This document shows positions 24,401 through 35,144 of a stretch of 64,000 bases of DNA, piece after piece. Where the stretch lies: NCBI GenBank assembly GCA_024704765.1, contig JAKMXF010000188.1, positions 367,015-431,014 on the forward strand, given 5' to 3'. The notes beneath the pieces were generated by a model. It saw nothing but the letters and a program-made list of their open reading frames with translations. It did not search any database and was not told the DNA's origin. The DNA comes from Oopsacas minuta (lineage: Eukaryota > Animalia > Porifera). How positions within the stretch are numbered: the first letter of the stretch is position 1; each line of letters opens with the position of its first letter. A program made the translations under genes and the position numbers.

Positions 24401-27400
24401 ATATGGAGATTATTTCATACATTAACTCGGAAATGAAAGCTGCATTATCATAACCATTGCAAGCTATCAAACAATTACATATTTTACCAAATAAATACTT
24501 ACTAGACAAATATTCACATTCCTGAAACTTTTTAGCATATTATTGGTGATAATTTGTTCTTCTACACATGCGCAATGCATTTATTCGGGCTAAAATGCAC
24601 CCTTCTGCAATACAAAACCCCCATATAATTAATGCCACGGCCCACAACAATATCTGTATTCCAAAATCACAAGTTACTGTGAGGTCTTATGTATAATTGG
24701 CTATGAGGTAAGGAAATCTGAGTGAAGGAGTCGTGACCTATGAATTCCCATTGAATAATAACACATTTCTCATGTCTATCTCAAATCGGAAGCGAACTTG
24801 GCATTATTAACATAATGTGGTAAGGTAAGAAAACCACATAACTTATATTCCACAAATATTTTAGTTAATGCAATATGACCATCTACTCCCAATATATCAC
24901 TTCCTATCCAACAATAATGCATTTACGTGCTCTAACTTCAGCGGATTAGGAGATATCAAGAAACACATGGACCCAAGCTGGCAGCCTACAGTCCATTATT
25001 ATTGTAGTCAATGGCTAGTTAGGATTAAGGCAACTGTGGTCACTAGAATTATGAATGTGGGATAAAGTAGTTATAACATACACGAGCCTTTGGCTTGTCG
25101 CTTCGCGATGAACTCGGCGCATTGCGCTTCGAGGTATTCAACGGACAAACAAACAGACAAACAACAATTGAGATTGAATAATAGTGATGTTGTTTACAAT
25201 ATTAACAACATATTTCATAAGAACATAACCAAATACTGATAATATCATATCCAATATATGGTTAGTTATAGGTGAGAGACAAAAGAGCAATTTAGTAAGA
25301 ATTATTGTATATAGAGCTGAGTTTTAGTAAATGAGCTAATAACTACTAATCGACGGGAACCTGAACCTAACGTTTCACATTTTCACAGACTAAAGACGAA
25401 AGATATACACTTTTTACTAATGATTTCAAGAATATCGCTAGAATAGTTTCTCTAACCGTGGAAAATCAAAAAGTGAGAACAGAATTATTTCAAGTATATT
25501 TACTTCTACATACAACAAAACGGACATAGCAGCTCTTCGTACTATGCCATCCAATCAAGAAATTATTATACAGAATCCTATACTGATGAATTTTCTAAAC
25601 GGAAAGAAAATGAAATAGATTCAATCCCGATCCGACTAACCTTTCCATATCATTTTTATGTTCAAACTTCTGTAGGATTACTAGTATAATACACATTCCA
25701 TATAATTAAATATCATTGTTACATTTACTGATGATCGGCAAGAGTATTCGCTTCAAGCGATGATCGGTAATTACAGATCATCGCTGTATAAGTAAATTCA
25801 TATGTTATAGCTATGGCCTACTATATAGACGGCTCGCTAAGCAAAGAATTCCCAAAAATAATTTCCATTTATTATATTCTCTTTGATCATGAAGAATTGC
25901 AGTTATAATTACAAATTCAACTGCATGTAGGTTTCCACATACGATGGAGACATCTAGAATACTTTTGAATCTGCTTTCTATGTTATTTTAACCATAATGA
26001 CGCAATCAAAGTTCACCTTCAATAATGGTAATTATTTTACTAATAAATACTAATATTATCGAAAAACCTACAAATCCCATGAAATGAATCATTATTCGTA
26101 TTAACTTAGCACAAAAACACAATAAAAAGGCTGTATTAAATATGCATATAAAAATGGTTAACATTTATGACTTATTTTGTGTTTGCATACATTTTTTGAT
26201 GGAATTTCTTCGATTTCCAAAAATTGAGGGTTTGTTTACGTTGTTTTACGGCGAATATCATAAATATTGTTATTTAACGTGTTTATGAAAATGTAGATCA
26301 TCTTTTGGTTACTTAAGCTAATATTTAACAAGTAGAAGGTATTTTGATAAAAGGATTAGTTTAAGCTTTGAGAATTTCTGAAAAAATTGATAAAGATGAA
26401 AAAAATGACCATATATGGCCATGAACTTTGATTGCGTCATTATGGTTAAAATAACTTGGAAAGCAGGTTCAAAAGTATTCTAGATGTCTCCACCGTATGT
26501 GGAACCCTACATACAGTTGAATTTGTAATGATAACTGCAATTCTTCATGATCAAAGAGAATATAATCAATGGCCTGGAAATTATTTTAGCAATTCTTTGC
26601 TTAGCGAGTCGTCTATATAGTAGGCCATGGTTATAACATATAGAGTATAAACTGATTTATGATTCTTGTAGAAAGGAGACGAATATAATTATAGAATAAT
26701 AGAAGATTGTTCAAAAGGTAAGACACATACTAAAGTTTATTAATTCGTGTAGCCTACATACCGTAAAAGGGGCTATGCCATTGGGTTTCTTTAGGTCAAA
26801 TATTCAATTTTTCAAGAAATTTCGATGAGATTCAGTATTAACCTTTAACATTAACAGGCATATTTTCATCAAATTTTAAAATATACTTGGAAATTTTGAA
26901 ATTTAATAACGGATCATACGATATTTCAAGAAAACTCAATATATTTGGACCCAAGTAGCCCTGTTTTACGGTACGTTAATTCAAAATATTATTGGTTATA
27001 ACTTCACTATTTCGAATTTCGACCAGCTGATGAATCAATGGAACTGAAGTTCACTGTAGTTAGATGTTTAGTGTTGATATATTCTTGTAGCAATAGAAAT
27101 AGATTCTAAATACGCTAAGGCTCGTGTCAGGAGAGCAAAAGCATATGAAGCAGTCGGTGACATCATGCCTTGTCTCAAAGGTAAGCCTTATTTGTTATTG
27201 TTAATATTATTAGGATATTATATTGATATACTTATTTAATATTATGAGTAAATACCTGTATGTAACCTCTTGTATACTTACATTCGTTTAGATTGGACAC
27301 TAGTCGGGCTGATACAACCTACACTAGCAGAATCTGATCCTGCTTATCATAGAGTAGATCAGCTCATTTCTAAGAGAGGCAAAGAGTTAGCTCAAGAGAA

Positions 27401-30400
27401 AATGAAGGTATATACGATCATGCGTATACGTATATATTTTATTTTCCCAATTTTCAAAGCTTTAGTTTTTGAGAATAGTTTTCATTTAACTGATTTGAAA
27501 TTATTTGTCCAAAGAACTAAACTAATCCATAAGATATGACATACTTAAAATAGGGAAGAATAGTCATTATTATTAATCTTATACCAATATTACCATTCCT
27601 GATCTCCTGTCTCCTAGATACATCTTGAATGTATAAATACAGTAAACTCACTGGCATTTTCCACGAAACATTTAACCAACCCCTTAGAGAAGATTTTTGG
27701 TTGATTTGTTAAATCCTAGTCAGGGTAAACTGCCTGAGTACTAATTGAGTGATGTCTACTGTGATTTTTATTTAATCATTATATATTTGCTTGCTTCCAT
27801 CTTAACTTTCACTTCCATTATACCCTACTAACCAGTGAGATATTTACTTATAATCCTCTATTAGACACACATAGTATTACTGCCTTCTAAAGTAGCTGTT
27901 GAAGATGTAATGAGATTATTCTCTGATCTTGGTAAGTTATTCCAATTTTTGTCAGTGTAATAATTATTATAGCATGCACTTTACCATTCCTATTAAATGC
28001 TTTTGAATGAATAAATACATAACTAATCCTGCCAAGGATTGCACTTCGATATAATGGGGCTGGAAAAAATATCGGAAAATCCTACTATGGATATACGTAG
28101 AGTACAGATATATAAATGTTATAATGCTATCTTTATAGATATATACACAGAAACTAATCTACTAGACTGGCACATGTCAGAGAATTGTACAAATTCTATC
28201 AAATCTCCCAGTACATCCTCTCCAGCTGATAATGGTCCTGTAGAAGGAGCTACTAACAATATAGATACCTCAACTACAGATCCTCCTGTATCTGGTACTA
28301 GCATAACAGATAATAATGTACAAGATGTTAATGGTGAGGAAAATAAGAGGAAGGGAATAGAGACGGAACCTTTCTGGCAAGCTATAACAAAGATTAGAAA
28401 TAGACAGTACAAGGATATAGTACAGCTGACTACACAAGCTATATCTACCGGTATTATAATTGTATAATCCGTATGGATATTCCTCTAGATTTAGCTAGTT
28501 TATTTAAACTGACGAGGAATGATAAGCTCTGGAGTAGTCCATGGCTCTGGGTATGCATGTCGCTGGTACATGGATATGCGCGGCAGTGGCTGTACTAGGG
28601 GGTATACGGGGCATCTGCTCCCGGTTAAAATCCTGCCCCCGATTTTCAAAGTCGGGGTATTTGCCCCGTTTGCCCTTCCCTAGGACCGCACTTGGTCTTA
28701 TCCGAGTTGTCCTGTATAATACCAGAACTCCGACAAGTTATATCAGCTATATCTAATTGGACTATGGATACTATGCTATATTATCGTTATACTATTTAGG
28801 TTGTAGAGTATTTCAGTGTCATGCTCTCCTGATGAGAGCTACATTCAATATAATATTATGTAACTACACAGAAGTTAAAGAAGATGTTAATACTCTTCTA
28901 ATGAATGATGATATATCCTCTCAGGTACTATTATCCGATAGTTATCAGTTGTTAAATCATAGATTATATAATTATCAATATCTGTCGATATTATTCTGGG
29001 TCACCCAGATATGACCAATAAATAATTTATGATTCTATAGTCTTAACCAATTTTATTTGCTCAATGAATCTTTTGTAATCTTCCCAACAGTATTTACGCA
29101 CATACATAGGCTTAGAATTAGCCAAATTATGGGGCGCCGTTCATGAATAGGAGGGATTATGGCTAGTACTATAATGTTGTCCTTCTAATTTTACCCGTTT
29201 TCCGAGACCCATTATATGATCTCTATGTAGAATCTAAATATTTTGATGGCTTAACTAAGTCACCAGTTTCAGGATTTTGGTGGCTAATGCCACCAAACCA
29301 CCTAATTTGTCGAGCACTGCTGCCTCGTACTTTTCTGGGAAAATTCGATTATTCTACTCCTATGCACATAGATATTTGTGGTAATTGTATTATCAATAGT
29401 GTCTTAGGTCGCGAAGGGTTTAGATACCCTGGTTTTATCTTGTTTGTATATAGATGCGTATAGGAGCTATCCTCAGAAGAGCATGTGCCAGGGAGGCAGT
29501 AGGAGAATTCGATGCAGCACTCAGTGACTTTGAAATGGCATTAAAGATTGATCCAAATAGTGACTCTGTATATCTAGTCAGATCTAAGGTAAGCTGTTGG
29601 TAGTGGAATGTTTTCTGTGTTGATAATTGGCAGAATTCTGTAGATATTATTTTCTTTTTATGTCTGACTTTTGACTAATTACAATTATCTACCTGTCATA
29701 TACAACCCATGTAACTGTTGTTACAATAGTCACGATTTCAACCTTCTTCACACGGTAGAAATAATTGTAGACAACAAAAGCGATTAAACTATTTCACCCA
29801 ACCCTGACTACCTTCATATTTTTTGCAAATTCAGGACCCGCTCGACCCGAATCTACCAATACCTATTCCAAATGATTTGCATAATATCACACTGCTCCCT
29901 ATGTACTAAAATTTATTTAATATTTTCTTATTAACTCCTCTCTTAGAGGCGTTACATAAACCTAATTCGAACTCAGCTATTTTCTTCAATTTCTATTCCC
30001 TCATCTAATATCTAATTAAGTTAATTCATTCTTAATTAGTTATTTACTATTAATTCTCTGTACTAGTTCTACGCATCCGATGAATTGTCTGAATTCGATA
30101 AAGCTCAATCAGACATCAACAAGTCTTTAGAACTTCGTCCTGATAACAACCTTACAGGACGGTGCTTCTACGCGCTACTCAAGTATAAGATAGCTTCAAC
30201 GTCACAGTCTAGAGTAGAGATGGAGAAAGTGAAGAGACATCTCAGGGAGACAATGAAGCAGTTTCCTAACAAAGCAGAACCTATTGCTCTATACGCACAG
30301 GTAATTTTCTACAATATTTTCTGTTCCACCCTTATTTAATTTGTATTTCATATTTTCCATTTTTTTGTCATCGAAAATGGAAGTTAAACATGCATTTCTG

Positions 30401-33400
30401 ATCAAACAATAACATAAACATCTCATACACACATATTGAAAGTTTAGCCATTTCTGAACAGTCACGTTTTACCTAATAATCTTGTTGGACTATTGGTCTG
30501 TTGATAGCCACTTTAGTATAATTTCGATCCTACTCTCTAGCACTATCAGGGGATTCAGGCCTACTAATCTTTGAATGTCCTAAAGCAGGTTAATTATGAA
30601 AAGCTAAATTTCAAATATTTTTATGTATTCTAGTATAGAATATCATAATTTTAATTATACAAATTGGATTGCAACTCTATTAATTAAAGAGAAATTCTTC
30701 GAATTATTCCAGAATTATCGAACACAGGAGTACAGGACAATTCTATATTTACTTATTAGTCTGTCATTTTTCAACAAACTCCCCGTCATTAAGACCGACC
30801 AGTATTGTAGATGTTAATTATCAAATCTATGGTCCAATATAATAATTAAATTTATATGATTTATTTATAACGATTACTCTGTATTGAAAACATAACACAA
30901 TTAAGGGTACTCTCAATTCATATGATTGTTCAGGTAAATAATAACCAAATACAATAATCTATTAATATTAGTTCTGATATCATACCTAACCAGCAAACAC
31001 ATAGCTCTCTATCTCACACTCATCCACACCTCTCTTTATCTTGAAATATCCTCCCAGATTCCCCCAGTTACTGCCCCACGAGTTAGCTATGATCCAATAA
31101 TCTACTCCGTCATCACTACCCCACCCCACCATCTTAACCGCATGTCCCCCAACTGATCTCCCATACACATGACTATATACCCCAGACTTGTAGTGTAGAA
31201 AATCTGAATACACTTGTAGCCCTGCTTCTACTGAACCATACATGTATATTTCCTTCTGTATCGTAGCTACGTCACTGGTTAGTTGGTATGCTCCTATTGA
31301 GGTGTAGAAGGTAGGTTCCTTGCTCTTGTTGCTCGGACAGTAATCTCCGTACCAGTTCAGCTGACACATCCCTGAAAAACCGAACACTTTAGTTAGGAAT
31401 GAGTATTTATAGCAGTCACTCTCTACAGCTCCGATATTTTGCAAATACTTCCAGGTGCTCAGCAGATATCCACCTTCACATCCATTGCTAGCTGTGTCAC
31501 AAGCAATCAGCTGTTGAGTAGAGAGCTCTACTGATACTCTACCACCACTTCTGATACATACCCTGTCTCCTAGTGCCTCAACAGCTGCGAAGGCCCAGCA
31601 GCCTCCACAGTGTCCCTGAGACCGTATCCTCGTCACACACTCTGGCCACTTGTATCTGATATCAAACTGAGTAGGGACATCTGAATCATTAGGATAATCC
31701 TCTATACTTTTAATTTCTACATCTCTACTAGAGTTTGTAGGTAGAATAGTACCAGCTAGATAACTAGCCTCTGCTAGAGTTAAGTCTTCAAACCCTTCAT
31801 TAATCCCTGCTACCCATTCACTCTGTGCTCTGTTAACAACTGATACAATATCATTACTGCTTAGTATAACATGCTCTACGCTAGGATGCCATCTAGTGTA
31901 CGGAATAGCTGTAATAGATATAGTACTGAGGATTAGTAATAATAAGGTTATTGCTGTTTTCATCTCTACTACTCTGTTATTGATGGTGTTGTTGTTTATT
32001 TATACTAATTTTTGCTTAATTGCCTATTAATTACTGCTTGTTGTTAATCTGGAGTATCTTATCAACTCGAGTTGTCCAGCATGATGAATGGTTTCACTCG
32101 CGGATCAACACTACTACTATTTCTAATATAATCCTTAATTATAGCTGTATGCTACAGAAGCTGTATTTATGTCTCGTGTAGCATGATGTGTTGTTGTAGA
32201 TATTAGTGTATATTTGTTTTTACAGCAAGTTATTATATTTGGAACTTCCATTTAAATATTGTGTATTTGTAGGTACTCATGGATGTTCAAGAAGTGAGAG
32301 AGGCTTTAGAATATCTCGAGAAGGCTATAGCTATGGATCCGGATAACGGTATGCTGTATGTGTATCGTGCTCAGTGTAAACTAGCTAGTAAAGGAGGATC
32401 TGTTCAGCAGGGATTAGTTGAGAATAACCCTCATATGATGGAAGCTACTAATCAAGCTTTAGAAGAGCTAGAGTATGCTATTAAGATTGATAATCAGTGT
32501 AGTATAGCAATGGAGGTGCTTTCTACCATGTATTCACAAAAGTGAGTTATTTAAATTTTTATATTATATTATTTTGGTATACAGCAGAACTCGTTAAAAT
32601 ATGTACCTCTCTGAAACCCGAAATAAGTGCGTACTACTCCCCAATACTGACCCTCATTTATGCCTAGGGAACTGTCTAGATTGTATTGGTTTAGTTTATA
32701 AAGTATGTATACTTTTGCAGTACTATCTAGCATTTAATTAAATAATTATGTATTTATTCGTACTTAAATGATGGTAAACAAATCAATACATAGATAGAAC
32801 TATTATACTGTTTTCAAATCTGGAGCAATTTCTGATGGTATTGACCCTTCCTCCTCTACTTCTATCCCAAAGGTGTTTATCAATTCTTCTTTGTTAGAGA
32901 ATATCTTAACACAATTTGTTCTGTAGCATGCTAGAATAATGTTATTGTCTCTGTATAGACATAATATATTTTCGTCCATTTCCTGACTCTATGAGAATAA
33001 ATCAAAAATCTGAATAAGGATATTAATTCCTGTCAATACTTCCATTCCCTGTGTATCTTGTGGAAATTGAACTTTATCGGTGATGAAAGAATGGAAGGTT
33101 AGATCTGAATTCAAACATTGTATATGATGTAATTATGCTCAATTGAAAACAGCAACCGCTTTAGGGAAAAGAAATTCCAGTTCCCCAGATCCAATTACTG
33201 ACCATAAGAATTTACCACCTGAAGAGTATACATTGAGAGAATCAGCATAGCATAGCATAGCATAGCATTGATTCACATAGACTTTATTCATAACAACGCA
33301 AATACCAAAAGGTTCATTCATCTTTTCATTGAATGTGAATAAGAATTGTAAAGATTCGATGAAGATTTGTATTCTATTATTTACGGAGTCACAATCGTCA

Positions 33401-34053
33401 ATCCCGATTGAATTCTCCATATTGAATTCTCCAGGTATTGCTGATTTGGTACAGTATTTACCAGCTACGATTAATGGATTTCCTTTATTCTTGTAGTATT
33501 GTTGTACACGACTAATTTGCAAGTACTCAGTCCTTTCTGAATTGTCTTCACTTAATGCATTCATAATAGCCAAATAATATCTTCAATCAGCTAACCAATC
33601 TCAAAAATACATACTAATATAGTCCTAATTAAACTGTATTTCGGCTTTGTGGTTATATTAAGCTAAGGATTGTATTTCATACAGGTATCATAGAGACTGT
33701 AGTTTATACAAATATACATAGATAATAAATAGGAAATTTGCTAGTAGTTTGCAAGGAGAATTATAATTAAGTATATTAATTAATAGAGAATTTGAATGAA
33801 GTACATCTTGCTATGTATTCAAAAGTTAAAGAAATACTCAATATTTAAAATTTCCTTTAGAGGTGAACCAGACCGAGCTATCCAGTATCTAGAAATGGCG
33901 ATAAAGTATGCACGGACTATACAAGAGATGACTAATCTACAAACATTTCTACTGATACTTAACTACCAGCCTGAGATAAATAAAGAGATCTTGGCATGTG
34001 GGCTAGATCCAGAGACCTTACAGAATTCTTTACTTAGACAGCAGCAAAATTAA
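18500..34053 (+). CDS. TOMM70: Mitochondrial import receptor TOM70; exons 18500-18727, 22781-22966, 26672-26717, 27091-27180, 27292-27407, 27865-27931, 28139-28450, 28800-28924, 29454-29588, 30067-30300, 32273-32541, 33861-34053
   Basis: Twelve phase-compatible GT-AG exons. They encode an N-terminal anchor (WKQILIVTAPIALSLAAVV...RKKRK), clamp TPRs (YHNRAASYEKM, IIEDCSKAIEIDSKYAKARVRRAKAYE), ALLMRATF, FPNKAEPIALYAQ, and a C-terminal AIQYLEMAIKYARTIQEM, collinear with animal TOM70. Confidence 0.9.
18778..20053 (-). mobile_element. Full-length mariner (DD34D-type) with one nonsense codon and one frameshift, in TOMM70 intron 1
   Basis: TIR (C/T)AAGGGTTGTTCAAT...ATGAGACT with TA flanks. ORF 19490-19957 (HTH, ARWVPK) is in frame across a TAA with 19106-19456 (TGDETW, HDNA); 18898-19173 carries YSPDLAPSDY. 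Confidence 0.95.
21297..22598 (+). CDS. Intronless TRAF-like protein (degenerate RING, TRAF zinc fingers, coiled coil, MATH-like domain), nested in TOMM70 intron 1
   Basis: Uninterrupted ORF (likely ATG 21297) with CKNC..CLVC, CP...C.W.G.L....H...C, repeated CxxC...H...C units, CPFSEYGC, and VEWEIKNI...GPEFSLNNYKLRIY. Confidence 0.85.
   Translation: MASKDNLPDKSNDLLYIKKVKEKKGMYCGYRRDYLAQNLSEMEEGLIICKNCTGIMREASFCRGDTTCLVCSETPRQLNPVKTVQSSIENLQIKCPLLRDCCWKGKLSEAEKHLVECKVFLIQCNNCKQIFLRGESKEHCKDLCPMRIISCRYCNKKEKAIDQEKHFDVCSKYPISCPNKCGDKFPRGVLSEHRAKCELKEISCPFSEYGCQAKSMLRRDLIAHKKEYILEHTDMSLIEIKQLNEGIQQLREENNSLKKKQTEIQWEAKTMKQLDGVEWEIKNIDKLPAESQIQEGPEFSLNNYKLRIYCTTTIVRRYGGERLKFYLQRITGEFDNILGAAIITNYKVIIVNKQDYTKSHYEEGRLNYQLKIGVNSNDIYLESTWTSCLTANKSLFIRFYFDVNNSVDLKSIKASLENYRDPFQVRPIMRGSF
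24051..25009. repeat. Second, nested inverted-repeat pair (24051-24129 / 24931-25009)
   Basis: GACTAC..TGTAGGCTGCCA.CTTGGGTCCAT.TGTTT.CTTGATATCTCCTAATCC pairs with GGATTAGGAGATATCAAGAAACACATGGACCCAAG.TGGCAGCCTACA...GTAGTC. Confidence 0.75.
25082..25200 (+). mobile_element. Short copy of a recurrent non-autonomous Helitron/HINE-like repeat
   Basis: GAGCCTTTGGCTTGTCGCTTCGCGATGAACTC...GGACAAACAAACAGACAAACAACAATTGAGATT.AATAATA; the same family occurs at 38485-38916, 52315-52882 and 57225-58200. Confidence 0.55.
25800..26641. mobile_element. Foldback-type element: about 215-220-bp inverted arms (25800-26015 / 26422-26641) with a 406-bp AT-rich spacer
   Basis: TATGTTATAG...GACGCAATCAAAGTTCA is the reverse complement (with scattered mismatches) of TGAACTTTGATTGCGTC...TTATAACATA. 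Confidence 0.85.
30986..31963 (-). CDS. Intronless cathepsin B-like (papain C1A) cysteine protease, antisense in TOMM70 intron 10
   Basis: Signal peptide MKTAITLLLLILSTISITA; short CatB-type propeptide; PTQFDIRYKWPEC; catalytic QGHCGGCWAF (Cys), GGHAVKMVGWG (His) and WIIANSWG (Asn). 325 aa, intact. Confidence 0.9.
   Translation of the reverse strand: MKTAITLLLLILSTISITAIPYTRWHPSVEHVILSSNDIVSVVNRAQSEWVAGINEGFEDLTLAEASYLAGTILPTNSSRDVEIKSIEDYPNDSDVPTQFDIRYKWPECVTRIRSQGHCGGCWAFAAVEALGDRVCIRSGGRVSVELSTQQLIACDTASNGCEGGYLLSTWKYLQNIGAVESDCYKYSFLTKVFGFSGMCQLNWYGDYCPSNKSKEPTFYTSIGAYQLTSDVATIQKEIYMYGSVEAGLQVYSDFLHYKSGVYSHVYGRSVGGHAVKMVGWGSDDGVDYWIIANSWGSNWGNLGGYFKIKRGVDECEIESYVFAG
32780..33590 (-). pseudogene. 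NHL-repeat protein pseudogene, antisense in TOMM70 intron 11
   Basis: ORF 33139-33573 (PGEF..., DSVNNRIQIF, FNEKMNEPFGIC, VYVNQ, GSGELEFLFPKAVAV). Further NHL-like pieces with stops continue to about 32780. Confidence 0.7.
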
Positions 34054-35144
34054 TTGTGACTTTAATCACTCTAGGATATCTACACTAGTATCAGATCAAG
34101 TGTTTAGTAGAGGCAAGCTCCTCTTCCATTCTACCTTATTCTATCTATTTTTATCATAATTTCAGTGTAAATACATAGATGCTATACGATTATACATTGG
34201 TTTATGTCTTATTTAATTTCCTTCATATTATTAACTGGGATTATTTCTTTCAATCTTAGCGAGGACGGTATCAATTCAATCAATTATATTTCATGAATTA
34301 TAACTCAATCATAATATTTATGTAAACACAATCTGTTGAGTTGTGCAATGAATTTCATCAAATCACCAACTCTTTGAAGAAAGGTATTTGAACAGAATCT
34401 ACTGATTAGAGCTAACTCTAATCAGTAGATTCTGTTCCAATGTTTGCCTCATTTCTGAAGATCTTCGTCTATATATACGTATACAGTGGTTAACTGGTTA
34501 TTGCTTTAAGAACACTCTTATGAGTAGCTAAATATGCTATAATTACTGGTATTGATTAACTTATAAAAGAGTATAATATCCGTTTACAGAGTATGGTTCT
34601 TATAACTGGTGTTATGAAACATATACATTGTAGAGACCTAATTATCAAAATTGAACTGATTTCATAAATTTATTGTTAGTGCTAGAATATTAGATGCTAG
34701 CATTATAGAACAATGATGCAGGAAATAAATCTATGATTGTGTCTAGGAAATATTTCAGTATGACATTTCCAGATATATCGGAATTTTGAATATAATAAGT
34801 AAATTGGATAATCAGAGCTTAGTCCCTATATGATTTATGATTTGTAATTCATTGTTTATTTGTGGGTTTGCTAGGCAATCTTCTTCGTATAATCTATATT
34901 TATTAACACATTTCTAATTATATTGCAAATCACAATTATTACTTACAAACCTTATACAGTATACATAGAATTATATCTCGCAATATGCTGAAGTGTGCTA
35001 GATTGTCTGCTACAAACCTTATCTAACAACGCTCTCAGCATGTAATATGATGCCTTTACTCGTGTACATTAGGAATACTGTATTAATACTTTCAATCTAG
35101 TGGTATTATTTAAATGGAAGTCAATTCTCATTCAGAATATTGAC

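Larger units (their letters stand above)
23277..25802. repeat. Inverted-repeat pair (23277-23348 / 25730-25802), possible TIRs of a degenerate 2.5-kb element
   Basis: TTATACAGCGATGAT..GTAAT.ACCGATCATCGCT...TGCCGATCATC matches the reverse complement of the right segment. No TSD resolved. Confidence 0.7.

Noticed and set aside
30986-31963. Possible silicatein
   Set aside because: Silicateins are cathepsin-L-like with Ser replacing the catalytic Cys. This protein keeps Cys (CGGCWAF) and has cathepsin-B-type features.
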